64,000 nt of DNA from Actinomycetota bacterium (GTDB taxonomy: Bacteria; Actinomycetota; Humimicrobiia; Humimicrobiales; Humimicrobiaceae), in NCBI GenBank assembly GCA_028698215.1, contig JAQVDY010000006.1, positions 2,705-66,704 of the forward strand, written 5' to 3'. The notes beneath the pieces were generated by a model that was not told the DNA's origin, did no database searches, and worked only from the letters and a program-made list of their open reading frames with translations. How positions within the stretch are numbered: position 1 is the first letter of the stretch; each line of letters opens with the position of its first letter. Of this stretch, positions 27,529-37,319 are shown piece by piece. A program made the translations under genes and the position numbers.

Positions 27529-28879
27529 GTTTTTCCCTCTCTGTCAAATACAGGTATAATAATAACAATAAACAGGATAAAAGCACATAATAGATTACCA
27601 CTGCCGCCAGGGGCAGGGAATCAATTTCAAACCACAGAAAACCAATCCCTGCCACCCGGGAGGCCATTTTTTCCATATAGCCCAACAGGGGTACCGCTGC
27701 TGCCAGAAATTTGGCTCCGGCCGGGGGCCAGATCAATATTGATGCCGAAGCCAAGAGTAAAACAGCCATAAGCAGGTAGAACACCGGCAGCACCCCTATA
27801 TTGGACAGCAGACTGCCTAAAGAGGCCATGCCAAAGAAATAGGCATTCAAGGGCAAGGTAACCGCCAGTATGCAAACAGAAACATTCAAGATTTTAAATA
27901 AAAAAAACCTGGACCAAGGCAGCAGTTTTTCGGCCATAGGTACCATAAATATTATGGAACCTATGCATAAAAAAGATAACCAGAACCCTATATCCTTAAA
28001 AAATGAAGGCTTTAAAAGCAGCAAAAAAGCGTAGGCGCTAAAGTAGATTGCAGTTTTGCTGTAGGCTCTTTTCCAGGACCGGGCTAAAACTGAACAAGCC
28101 AGCATAAAGGTGGCCCTCATTAAACTGGCTTTAGGCCCCACTATGAAGTTAAAGGCAGCCAGCATTAATACCACCGGTACCCATTGCCACCTGCTTTTGG
28201 AACAAAAATAGGTAAAACCATAAGCCATAACTGAAATATGCATACCGGAAATAGCCAGTATGTGATAGATTCCCGCCTGCTCAAAATCCCGCAGCAGCCG
28301 GGAACCGAGGTTAGCCCGGTTTCCCAGCATAATTGCTTCCGCTAAAGCAGCATGCCGGTAGGAAAGGTACCGGTAATAAGTATTGGACAGGCAATGGTAT
28401 GCCTTTTTTCTTAGGGTATAAATGCTGGCGGGAGCAGGGCGCAAATTTATCCTTTTTGCCACCCACCTATCCCCGTCAATTACCCCCTCCAGCTGTACAT
28501 AATCGTCCCTGGCCAGCATGGTTTTATCAGCAGCTACCTCTATGTAACCTGCAGCAACCTTTTTACCCTCTATAAACAGCTGTCCGGTTTTCAGGCTAAA
28601 CTGCTGGCGCGCCCCTTTTAGCTGGGGATGGCTGGCAATTCTGCCTTCCGCCTTAAAATTACCGCTTAACTCTGCCTTAAATACATCAGCATCAGCATTC
28701 ACACCGTAACTTAGCCATCCCAGCAGCATGAATACAACCAGGCCAGCCGCCTTGAAGATTGCTGACCTCTTCTTCTGCCTTAACCAGGCCGAAACTGCCA
28801 ATCCCGGTATCAGCATCAGCAGCAGCGGCAACAACACATAGGTTTTTAGATCCCACCGTCCGGCCAGCAGCAGCCCCAT
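27512..28879 (-). CDS. comEC: ComEC/Rec2 DNA-uptake channel protein, short form lacking the metallo-beta-lactamase domain.
   Basis: A 455-aa polytopic membrane protein with the competence-domain pattern. It overlaps holA by 17 nt. Confidence 0.65.
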   Translation of the reverse strand: MGLLLAGRWDLKTYVLLPLLLMLIPGLAVSAWLRQKKRSAIFKAAGLVVFMLLGWLSYGVNADADVFKAELSGNFKAEGRIASHPQLKGARQQFSLKTGQLFIEGKKVAAGYIEVAADKTMLARDDYVQLEGVIDGDRWVAKRINLRPAPASIYTLRKKAYHCLSNTYYRYLSYRHAALAEAIMLGNRANLGSRLLRDFEQAGIYHILAISGMHISVMAYGFTYFCSKSRWQWVPVVLMLAAFNFIVGPKASLMRATFMLACSVLARSWKRAYSKTAIYFSAYAFLLLLKPSFFKDIGFWLSFLCIGSIIFMVPMAEKLLPWSRFFLFKILNVSVCILAVTLPLNAYFFGMASLGSLLSNIGVLPVFYLLMAVLLLASASILIWPPAGAKFLAAAVPLLGYMEKMASRVAGIGFLWFEIDSLPLAAVVIYYVLLSCLLLLLYLYLTEREKHGQKS

Positions 28880-28914
28880 AGTAATTCCTGCTGCCCAGTA
28901 AGCCGGATAGCCTC

Positions 28915-29514
28915 CTATATGGATATTAAATCTTTTATGTCCTGAAATTTCTTATCCCCTATACCCGCTACTTTTTTCAGGTCTTCCACAGTATTAAAAG
29001 GGCCCTGCTGCTGGCGGTAATCCACAATTTTTTGGGCAGTGGCAGGGCCTATCCCCGGAAGGGTCTGCAGCAATTGGCTGGAGGCCGAATTAATACTGAT
29101 AAGGCTGCTGCCCTGGCTCTGCCCAGCCGCCGGAATAAATATTTTTTCCTCATCAATCACTTTTCTGGCTAAATTTATGGCCTCTAAACCTGCATCTTTT
29201 CCCGGTCCCCCTGCCATAGCCAGCACATCTGATACCCTGGCCCCAGCTTCCACCTCATATACCCCGGCCCTTGCTACCTGGCCGCAGATATAAACGGTAA
29301 CCATAGCGGTGCTTGCATCCTGGGGGTCACAGTAACTTTCCAGGATATTATCCTTGGTCTTTAGGTCTGCTTTCATCTTTAGGTATAAACCTGAAAACAC
29401 GGCCAGCAAAACTACCAGAAAAGCAGCCACCATGAGGTAGAAATGCTTCTCCCGGCAATAGCGCAACCTGTCTAAAAATAGTTTTAACCTGTAGAACTTT
29501 TCCATTTTATGCAT
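28915..29514 (-). CDS. comEA: ComEA competence DNA-binding protein (TM anchor plus SLBB plus tandem helix-hairpin-helix).
   Basis: The C-terminal segment LQTLPGIGPATAQKIVDYRQQQGPFNTVEDLKKVAGIG is an HhH pair. Confidence 0.8.
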   Translation of the reverse strand: MHKMEKFYRLKLFLDRLRYCREKHFYLMVAAFLVVLLAVFSGLYLKMKADLKTKDNILESYCDPQDASTAMVTVYICGQVARAGVYEVEAGARVSDVLAMAGGPGKDAGLEAINLARKVIDEEKIFIPAAGQSQGSSLISINSASSQLLQTLPGIGPATAQKIVDYRQQQGPFNTVEDLKKVAGIGDKKFQDIKDLISI

Positions 29515-29557
29515 TTACATATTAGCATAATTGCCTAATATTAAAAATATTAATATG

Positions 29558-29586
29558 TTGATACCTGAAAAGAATATCATCATAAT
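29558..29586 (+). promoter_or_regulatory. Sigma70-like promoter (TTGATA-17-CATAAT) for the DJ-1/PfpI gene.
   Basis: Exact 17-bp spacing. An AGGAGG RBS lies at 29594-29599. Confidence 0.4.
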
Positions 29587-29607
29587 AACAGCTAGGAGGT
29601 ACTTGTA

Positions 29608-30111
29608 ATGCGTAAAATATTAATGCTGATAGAAGATTACTTTAGGGATGAAGAAGTTATTTATCCCTATTACCGTTTTATGGAGGCCGGTTTTGAAGTG
29701 GTTACGGTGGGCCCGGAAAAGGGAAAGGCCTATTATGGGAAATTTGGTTATCCCCATACTGCAGACCTGGCCCCGGAAGAGGCTGACTTAAACCAGGCGG
29801 CAGCAGTGATAATACCGGGCGGCAATGCTCCCGATAAGATGAGGATAAACCCAGGCCTGGTAAAACTGGTAAAAGATGCCTGCCGACAGGACAAGGTAGT
29901 TGCCGCTATCTGCCACGGGGGATGGATGCTGGTAGAAGCAGACATACTGAAAGGCAAAAAAGTAACCGGGTATATAGCCATAGCTACTGACCTAAGAAAT
30001 GCGGGAGGGCGATATTTGGACCAGGAAGTGGTAGTAGACGGTAAAATGGTTACTTCCCGGAAACCGGCAGACCTGCCTGCTTTCTGTAAGGCTATACTAA
30101 AGCTGCTTTAG
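29608..30111 (+). CDS. DJ-1/PfpI-family protein (intracellular protease or glyoxalase-like).
   Basis: The segment AICHGGWMLVEADILKGKKVTG contains the nucleophile-elbow Cys-His motif. Size is 167 aa. Confidence 0.8.
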   Translation: MRKILMLIEDYFRDEEVIYPYYRFMEAGFEVVTVGPEKGKAYYGKFGYPHTADLAPEEADLNQAAAVIIPGGNAPDKMRINPGLVKLVKDACRQDKVVAAICHGGWMLVEADILKGKKVTGYIAIATDLRNAGGRYLDQEVVVDGKMVTSRKPADLPAFCKAILKLL

Positions 30112-30124
30112 TCCAGGAAAACCT

Positions 30125-32632
30125 TTATTTAATCACCAGGTTAACCAGCTTATCCGGTATAACGATGGTCTTTACAATTTGTTTGCCGTCAATGAAACGC
30201 TTTACATTTTCTGAAGACAGGGCTTGGGCTTGAAGTTCATCCTGGCTGAGCCCCGCTTCCAGCTCCGCTTTATCCCTTACCTTGCCGTTAACCTGGAACA
30301 CAATGGTAACCGTATCCTCCCTGGCTGCCTGCTGGTCGTATACCGGCCAGGGAGCCCGGTGGATACTATCCTTCCGGCCCAGCATATGCCACAACTCTTC
30401 GGTCATAAAGGGAGCCATGGGGGATAAAAGGATTAGAAGGTTTACTATAAGTTCAGCAGCCAATTCCTTATTCTTGCTGCTATCCTTTATTTCTTCATCA
30501 TATTTGTAAAGCAGGTTTACATATTCCATCAAGGCACTGATAGCAGTATTGAAATTAAACCTTTCCAAAATGTCATCGCTTACCTTTTTTATGGTCTGGT
30601 GCAGCTTCTTATAGGATTGTTTCTCTATCCCTTTAAGCTGGTCTTCTTTTACCTTGGCCCCATCTTTTACCCCGCTCATCCATGAAGCCTTGCTGCTTAC
30701 CAGCCTCCATACCCTGAGCAGGAAACGGTTGGCACCCTCCACCCCGCTATCGCTCCAGTCTACTGCTGAATCAGCCGGGCCCATAAACAGTATGTACAGC
30801 CTCAAAGTATCAGACCCGTACCGGCTATATATCTCGGAAGGCCTTACCAAATTGCCCCTGGATTTAGACATCCTCTTGCCTCCCAGGTTTACCACCCCAT
30901 GGGGAAAATACCTGGTAAAAGGCTCCTTAAACTTTATCAGGCCGGCATCATAGAGAACCTTGGTAAAGAACCTGGAATATATAAGGTGCATGGTGGCATG
31001 CTCGATACCTCCGATATACTGGTCTACCGGCATCCAGTAATCGGCTTTCTCCGGGGTAAAGGCCTGCTGTCCATCATGAGGACTGCAGTACCTTAAAAAA
31101 TACCAGGATGAGCATACAAAAGTATCCATGGTATCGGTTTCCCGCTTGGCCTCCTGTCCGCATACCGGGCAGATGGTATTAACAAACTGGTCGCAGTAGG
31201 CCAGTGGTGAAAGGCCGGTAGGCTTAAAATCCACATCATAGGGAAGCTCCACCGGCAGCTGGTCTTCGGGAACCGGTACTATGCCGCAGTGGTCGCAGTA
31301 AACTATGGGTATAGGCGCTCCCCAGTACCGTTGCCTGCTGATTAACCAGTCTTTAAGCTTGTAATTTATTTCAAACCTGCCTATATCTTTTTCCGCCAAA
31401 TGCTTGGTAATTTCCTGTTTGCCCTGTTCTGAATCCATGCCGGTAAAGGGACCGGAATTTACCATAATACCCCTACCTTCATAGGCAGCATCCCCTACCC
31501 CGGAAGGTTTGCCGGTAGCCGATATTACTTCCCGTATAGGTATCTGGTATTTCCGGGCAAAATCAAAATCCCTCTGGTCATGGGCAGGTACGGCCATAAT
31601 AGCGCCGGTGCCATATTCTATCAGCACATAATTGGCTATCCACACCGGTATCCTTTCCCCGCTCAAGGGGTTTATTACATATCTGCCGGTAAAACAGCCG
31701 ATCTTTTCAGTTTCTGCCGAACCCCTCTCTACATCACTCTGCTTGCTTATAAGCTGCTTAATTTTTTCCACCTCTGCCCGGTAACCTTCTTCGGTAACTA
31801 TGCTGCCCAACAGCTTATGTTCAGCTGCCAGGATAAAAAAGGTAGCTCCGTATAAAGTATCAGGCCTGGTGGTAAACACCGGTATGCTGATATCCTCTTC
31901 GCCTTCCAGCTTAAAATTGACCACCGCCCCCTCGCTCCTGCCGATCCAGTTTTTCTGGATGGTCAATACCCTTTCCGGCCAGCCGGGTCTTATGACTTCC
32001 ATATCATCAATAAGCCTCTGGGCGTACTTGGTTATCTTAAAAAACCACTGGGACAGTGTCTTCTTTATTACCGGGCTGTCACAGCGCTCACACTGGCCTG
32101 CAATGACCTGCTCATTGGCCAGTACCGTCTGGCAGGAATTGCACCAGTTAACCCCCGCTTCCTTTTTTTCAGCCAGGCCCATCTTATACAGAAGCAAAAA
32201 CAGCCACTGGGTCCATTTGTAATAATCAGGTTCGGAGGTAATGATTTCGTCTTCAAAATCATAGGTCATACCCATCCTTTTTAAAGCTACCCTCATCTTC
32301 TCTATATTGGCCATGGTGCTTTTCTTGGGATGAATGCCGCTTTTGATAGCCGCATTTTCTGCAGGCAGGCCAAAAGCATCAAACCCAATAGGATGCAGCA
32401 CATTATGGCCTTTCCTGTTCAGTACCCTGGCTACCACATCACCTATGGTATAATTACGGGCATGGCCCATATGGGGCTCTCCTGAAGGATAAGGAAACAT
32501 TTCCAGCATATAGTATTTAGGATCATCTTTGCTGGTTTTTAAAGAATATATATGGTCTTGGTTCCATTTTTCTATCCACTTTTTCTCTACTTTTTGCGCA
32601 TTGTAGTCTTGGTGGTTGGTTGATTTGTCCAA
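30125..32632 (-). CDS. leuS: Leucyl-tRNA synthetase.
   Basis: The motifs HMGH and KMSKS are present. Size is 835 aa. Confidence 0.95.
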   Translation of the reverse strand: MDKSTNHQDYNAQKVEKKWIEKWNQDHIYSLKTSKDDPKYYMLEMFPYPSGEPHMGHARNYTIGDVVARVLNRKGHNVLHPIGFDAFGLPAENAAIKSGIHPKKSTMANIEKMRVALKRMGMTYDFEDEIITSEPDYYKWTQWLFLLLYKMGLAEKKEAGVNWCNSCQTVLANEQVIAGQCERCDSPVIKKTLSQWFFKITKYAQRLIDDMEVIRPGWPERVLTIQKNWIGRSEGAVVNFKLEGEEDISIPVFTTRPDTLYGATFFILAAEHKLLGSIVTEEGYRAEVEKIKQLISKQSDVERGSAETEKIGCFTGRYVINPLSGERIPVWIANYVLIEYGTGAIMAVPAHDQRDFDFARKYQIPIREVISATGKPSGVGDAAYEGRGIMVNSGPFTGMDSEQGKQEITKHLAEKDIGRFEINYKLKDWLISRQRYWGAPIPIVYCDHCGIVPVPEDQLPVELPYDVDFKPTGLSPLAYCDQFVNTICPVCGQEAKRETDTMDTFVCSSWYFLRYCSPHDGQQAFTPEKADYWMPVDQYIGGIEHATMHLIYSRFFTKVLYDAGLIKFKEPFTRYFPHGVVNLGGKRMSKSRGNLVRPSEIYSRYGSDTLRLYILFMGPADSAVDWSDSGVEGANRFLLRVWRLVSSKASWMSGVKDGAKVKEDQLKGIEKQSYKKLHQTIKKVSDDILERFNFNTAISALMEYVNLLYKYDEEIKDSSKNKELAAELIVNLLILLSPMAPFMTEELWHMLGRKDSIHRAPWPVYDQQAAREDTVTIVFQVNGKVRDKAELEAGLSQDELQAQALSSENVKRFIDGKQIVKTIVIPDKLVNLVIK

Positions 32633-32655
32633 TGACAGGTCCTCTCTAACGCTTT

Positions 32656-33036
32656 TTAACTATTCCAATCTATAACTTCAGAATCTTTCCACAACCGTTC
32701 CAGCTCATAATACTGGGCTACATCATTGGTAAAGATGTGAATTACGAAGTCATCATAATCGGCAAGGATCCAGCTGCCTTCCTGTACCCCGTTAACAGCT
32801 ACCGGCCTTATGTTTTTATCCTTTAAAGCCTTGCTTATGTCTTCAAATATCCTGGCAGTAAGCCTTACGTTCTTGGCACTGATGATTAAGAAATAATCAG
32901 TAATAACCAGCCGATTACGCATATCCAGTATCTTTATGTAATCAGCCTGTTTTTCATCGGCAATCCTAGCGGCTAATTTTACTGATTCTATAATTTTATT
33001 GGTTACGGTTTCCTTATTACTGATTGGTGTAATCAC
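32656..33036 (-). CDS. rsfS: Ribosome silencing factor RsfS (Iojap).
   Basis: A 126-aa protein with the RsfS pattern, positioned between the LCP gene and leuS. Confidence 0.75.
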   Translation of the reverse strand: MITPISNKETVTNKIIESVKLAARIADEKQADYIKILDMRNRLVITDYFLIISAKNVRLTARIFEDISKALKDKNIRPVAVNGVQEGSWILADYDDFVIHIFTNDVAQYYELERLWKDSEVIDWNS

Positions 33037-34756
33037 TCCCTAAAATCACGCTAATGTCTACATTATCCACATTATTGTCCGACGATTCTATTATTCCCAC
33101 CCCCAGCTGCTGCTGGATACTCTGGGCTAGTTCTGACACCCCTTCATTAGTGGTAAACACCACAATTTTTGTCTGGTCATAATCCCAGTTGTCCGCATTC
33201 TTGGTTTCCACAACTTCCATTACTGCAGTATCGGCATTAATACTGTCATTTAAGATACCCTCTGCAGTAGTAGCCAAACCGGCAGTGCCTTCCCCGTTTA
33301 ATATATTTATCTTAATCAGCCCCGCAGAAGTTTCCTCCTGAGCGGTCTCCTGGCCGGCTGCGCTGCCTATGGAGTTGGGGTCAAAGTCCTGGCCCAATAT
33401 TACTGCTATCTGGGCCTGGCTGAAACCTTCATTGGTAACTATGCTTCCTGCCTTCAAGAAACTCAACAGCTCTTCTGCCGCTGCCATTACCTGGCTTTCG
33501 GTGGAAGAAACCACTATCTCGGTAGAGGCATAATCGAAATTATCAGCATTGCCTACTTCCATTACCTCGAACTTCTTGGTTCCGTTTTCATAGCTTAATC
33601 CTTTTATTAAATCCCCCGCCTGTCCGGCTATACCCGGGGTTCCTGCCCCATTTAGTATATCTACCGTAACCGTCTGGTAGCTTTGGGTTTCCTGCACTTC
33701 AGCTACCTCCTGGTCTGAGAAGATATCACTAATGCGGGAAATGTCCGGCACGTAATAGGTTTGCCCCTCCAGTTCCACCGAGGATATATCCAGGCCGTAT
33801 ACCAGGTCATTGGTGCTCTCAATTTTGGCAAAGGTAGCCAGGGTCTTGGACAACTCTTCCAAGTTTAAATCAGTATCAATATATCCGTTTACGGCAGAGA
33901 GGTTTTCACCCAGCTGCTCGGGACTGTCACCATTTATCTTAATCAACAAAGCATTAAACACCGATTTTTGTTTCTTGGTATCTTCAGTACTTATTTCCCC
34001 TTCGCCCCCGCTGAATTTCTCCAGATAATTAACTGCAGTAATTCCATCCATATTATTGGGGCCTGCTTCCAGGGTTGCCTCGGTTCCATCATCCAGGGTT
34101 AAGGTAACTGAGCTGTCCAGGGGAACGGTTATCCCTCCCAGGCTGTTTACCACATTTATTATGTCCATCAGTATATAATGGTCGGTATCTACTCCCAGGC
34201 CGTTTTTCATAGTCAGCCCCAGCAGGTCCATACCCCCATACTCTACTGACTTGTCCATACTCTCCAGACCAAAACCAGGAATTTCCATTAAGGTTTTTAC
34301 CGGCATGCACAAAGAGGTTAACCGGTTTTGGGCACTATTGAAGCTGGTGAATATAATGGAATTCATCTGAGGCTCCAACAGGTTTTCCCGGGCGCCGGCC
34401 ATTATGATATTAACATCCTGGTTTAGCAGCAAATCCTCAGGAATAGTAATGCTTTCCTGGGCTGCCGGCTCATCATCTGAAAAAAACCGGTTGCGTATAA
34501 ACCGGTAGGCAAACACAATACCTGCGGCCACCACAACCAGTATAAGCAGGATAGCTATAGTGGACACTATAGCCCGGTTTCTTCTTCTGCGGTCCTTTAC
34601 CCTTCGGGAACGGTATCCGCCGTTTTCAACATCTTGGTCTTCTTCCTCATCGGATTCCGAGCTCAGCTCGAAATCATCATCCTTGAAAAAATCTTCCAGG
34701 TCACGATCTTTCCTACTATTATGGCTATATTTGTTGTCATCATCATTGGAAGTCAT
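33017..34756 (-). CDS. LytR-CpsA-Psr (LCP) family cell-envelope phosphotransferase with two tandem LytR_C-terminal domains.
   Basis: It has a cytoplasmic Arg-rich tail, one TM segment, an LCP core (NIIMAGARENL...), and two repeats of the ILNGAGTPG/ILNGEGTAG LytR_C pattern. Confidence 0.65.
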   Translation of the reverse strand: MTSNDDDNKYSHNSRKDRDLEDFFKDDDFELSSESDEEEDQDVENGGYRSRRVKDRRRRNRAIVSTIAILLILVVVAAGIVFAYRFIRNRFFSDDEPAAQESITIPEDLLLNQDVNIIMAGARENLLEPQMNSIIFTSFNSAQNRLTSLCMPVKTLMEIPGFGLESMDKSVEYGGMDLLGLTMKNGLGVDTDHYILMDIINVVNSLGGITVPLDSSVTLTLDDGTEATLEAGPNNMDGITAVNYLEKFSGGEGEISTEDTKKQKSVFNALLIKINGDSPEQLGENLSAVNGYIDTDLNLEELSKTLATFAKIESTNDLVYGLDISSVELEGQTYYVPDISRISDIFSDQEVAEVQETQSYQTVTVDILNGAGTPGIAGQAGDLIKGLSYENGTKKFEVMEVGNADNFDYASTEIVVSSTESQVMAAAEELLSFLKAGSIVTNEGFSQAQIAVILGQDFDPNSIGSAAGQETAQEETSAGLIKINILNGEGTAGLATTAEGILNDSINADTAVMEVVETKNADNWDYDQTKIVVFTTNEGVSELAQSIQQQLGVGIIESSDNNVDNVDISVILGSDYTNQ

Positions 34757-35391
34757 TTTGGTTTACCTCCGCATATATTATTCCAAATTATACTTGTATC
34801 AGGATGCAATTGATGCTCCCTGCTTACATTAAAAATTATATTGTTCTTATATACCTCTATCAGGCACCGGTCAAGGTCCCGGCAGGATAACTGCCTTAAC
34901 CCGGCCAGTCCCTGGTAATTCCTGGTCTCTTCTATTTTATCAGAAATAAATAAAATTTTTTCCATCAGGGACATATCAGTGCATCCTACCGTATGGCACC
35001 GGATAGCCTTTAAAATTTGGCTATCAACAATATTATAGTCCCTTGCCGCTAAATAATCACCCACTAAACTATGAAGGATTGGTTTACACCCTAATTCAAA
35101 GTCCGTAAGGTTTAATTTATTTGCCCTGGCTATATCAACCAATTCTTCATATGTAAATATTTTACCATAATCATGCAGAATACAGGAAATACAAAGCTTA
35201 AAAAAAGTATTAATATTCGATTTTTTTCCATTTTTTAATAGATACAAGCCTGCTAATTTAAAAGAATAGCTTAAAGTCCCCAGGGTATGGGCATAAAGCG
35301 GGGGAGGCATTACTTCTTTCATGCTTTGGAGCAACTGATTTAGATAACTGTCTTGCTGTATGGTCAGTACGCTATTATTTATATAATCCAT
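34753..35391 (-). CDS. yqeK: HD-domain bis(5'-nucleosyl)-tetraphosphatase YqeK.
   Basis: HD-domain motifs are present, and it is positioned directly after nadD. Confidence 0.7.
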   Translation of the reverse strand: MDYINNSVLTIQQDSYLNQLLQSMKEVMPPPLYAHTLGTLSYSFKLAGLYLLKNGKKSNINTFFKLCISCILHDYGKIFTYEELVDIARANKLNLTDFELGCKPILHSLVGDYLAARDYNIVDSQILKAIRCHTVGCTDMSLMEKILFISDKIEETRNYQGLAGLRQLSCRDLDRCLIEVYKNNIIFNVSREHQLHPDTSIIWNNICGGKPK

Positions 35392-36037
35392 GTTTTAAGA
35401 TGTAATGGCTTATCCCTTCCGGCACCAGGTAATCAATTGGCCTGTTTTGTTTGATTCGGTTCCTGATATCAGTAGAGGAAATAGCTAAAGCAGGAACCTC
35501 CATCACAAAAATCTTTTTATCCCCGTCCTGTTTATCGTTAAACAGTTTCTCTTTTAAATCATCTATCTTGGCCAGATTATAGCCAGGCCTGGTAGCCGCT
35601 ATAAATTTGGCCAGTGATATTATTTCCTCGGTGTCCTTCCAGGAAAGTATTTCTAGAATAGCATCAGCCCCGGTTATAAAGAACAGGGAAACCTTCTCCC
35701 CATATATCTCTCTTAATTTTCTTACCGTGTCTATAGTGTAAGATTTGCCCTGGCGGTCAATCTCGACCCTGGATACCACAAAATCATTGTTGGAAGCGGT
35801 AGCAATAACCGTCATCAAATACCGGTCTTCCGCACTGGCAATTTCGCTGGTCACCTTATGGGGCGGATCAGAGGCAGGAATAAATATAACCTGGTCCAAA
35901 TTAAACTGGCTCAAAGCTTCTTGGGCAGTCACCAGGTGGCCGTGATGGATAGGGTTAAAAGTACCCCCCATAATGCCTATCCTGGTAAGCCCGCCCTTAA
36001 CCTTGTAAATACTATTTTCGTATTTGTCCTTCTCCAT
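35375..36037 (-). CDS. nadD: Nicotinate-nucleotide adenylyltransferase.
   Basis: The segment GIMGGTFNPIHHGH carries the HxGH motif. Confidence 0.9.
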   Translation of the reverse strand: MEKDKYENSIYKVKGGLTRIGIMGGTFNPIHHGHLVTAQEALSQFNLDQVIFIPASDPPHKVTSEIASAEDRYLMTVIATASNNDFVVSRVEIDRQGKSYTIDTVRKLREIYGEKVSLFFITGADAILEILSWKDTEEIISLAKFIAATRPGYNLAKIDDLKEKLFNDKQDGDKKIFVMEVPALAISSTDIRNRIKQNRPIDYLVPEGISHYILKHGLYK

Positions 36038-37271
36038 ATACTACAAACTTGTTGGTAGTTATTTCTTTTAATCCCATAGGACCCCGGTGATGCAGTTTCT
36101 GGGTACTTATGCCGATTTCAGCTCCCATACCGAATTCTCCCCCATCAGTAAACCGGGTGGAAGCATTGACATTAACCGTAGATGAGTCCACCCTCTGGAC
36201 AAAATAATTGGCATGGCTGTAGCTGGCAGTGATAATGGCATCGGTATGATGGGAACCATAATGGTTGATATGGTCTATGGCCTCCTGCAGGCTGGATACC
36301 ACCTTTACCGCCATTTTAAGATCCAGGTATTCGGTATACCAGTCCTGCTGCTGGGCCGGCTCCAGGTCCGGATATATTTCCATAGCCTTATTGCATCCCA
36401 CTAATTTTACCCCCAGACTGTGTAGCTTGGAAGCCAAGCGGGGCAGCATATCACCAGCCACCTGTTGATGGACCAGCAGCTTTTCAGCCGCATTGCAGAC
36501 ACTGGGCCTCTGGGTTTTGGAATTTACCACTATACCTTCCACAACTTCATATTCTATCCCTTCCAGCGCCTGGTCAATATATAGATGGCAATTTCCCACC
36601 CCGGTTTCAATAACCGGAACCCGGGAGTTAGCCACCACGCTGTCAATAAGCTCTTTACCTCCCCGGGGGATAAGTACATCCACATATTCTCTCAGCTGCA
36701 TTAGCTTTACTGCATCTTCCCTCTGTACCGTGGGTATAATCTGAATGATATCCTGGCTGAAACCATGCTCGGACAGCACCTTTCTCATAATATCTACCAA
36801 AACCATATTGGAATTTATGGCAGTAGAGCTGCCCCTTAGTATGACGCAGTTTCCCGCTTTAAGGCATAACACCGAAGCGTCAACGGTAACATTGGGCCTG
36901 GCCTCATATATAATGCCTACCACTCCCAGAGGTACCCTTATATTTTTTAACATCAGGCCATTGGGAAGATTGTAGCCAAATATTACTTCCCCTACCGGGT
37001 CATTGTAATCGATGACCTGGCTGATGCTGCCTGCTATCTTCGCTATCCTGGCCTCATCCAGCATTAACCGGTCCAGCATGCTGTCAGATATGCCCATTTC
37101 TTTGGATTTAGACATATCCAGCTTATTCTTTTCCACTATCAGGCCGGCATTCCCTGTTAGGGCCTGGGCTATGCCTTTTAAAACCTCGTTTTTCTGGTCA
37201 GTTCTGGCAGCAGCAATAGATGAAGCGGCAGCTTTGGCCTTCCTGGCAATTTCTATAACCACATCACTCAT
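36012..37271 (-). CDS. proA: Gamma-glutamyl phosphate reductase.
   Basis: Full-length ProA pattern. Size is 419 aa. Confidence 0.9.
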   Translation of the reverse strand: MSDVVIEIARKAKAAASSIAAARTDQKNEVLKGIAQALTGNAGLIVEKNKLDMSKSKEMGISDSMLDRLMLDEARIAKIAGSISQVIDYNDPVGEVIFGYNLPNGLMLKNIRVPLGVVGIIYEARPNVTVDASVLCLKAGNCVILRGSSTAINSNMVLVDIMRKVLSEHGFSQDIIQIIPTVQREDAVKLMQLREYVDVLIPRGGKELIDSVVANSRVPVIETGVGNCHLYIDQALEGIEYEVVEGIVVNSKTQRPSVCNAAEKLLVHQQVAGDMLPRLASKLHSLGVKLVGCNKAMEIYPDLEPAQQQDWYTEYLDLKMAVKVVSSLQEAIDHINHYGSHHTDAIITASYSHANYFVQRVDSSTVNVNASTRFTDGGEFGMGAEIGISTQKLHHRGPMGLKEITTNKFVVYGEGQIRK

Positions 37272-37319
37272 AATGCCCCCATTAATTTTTATTTAATATA
37301 ATATAAAGGCAGTCAACAA

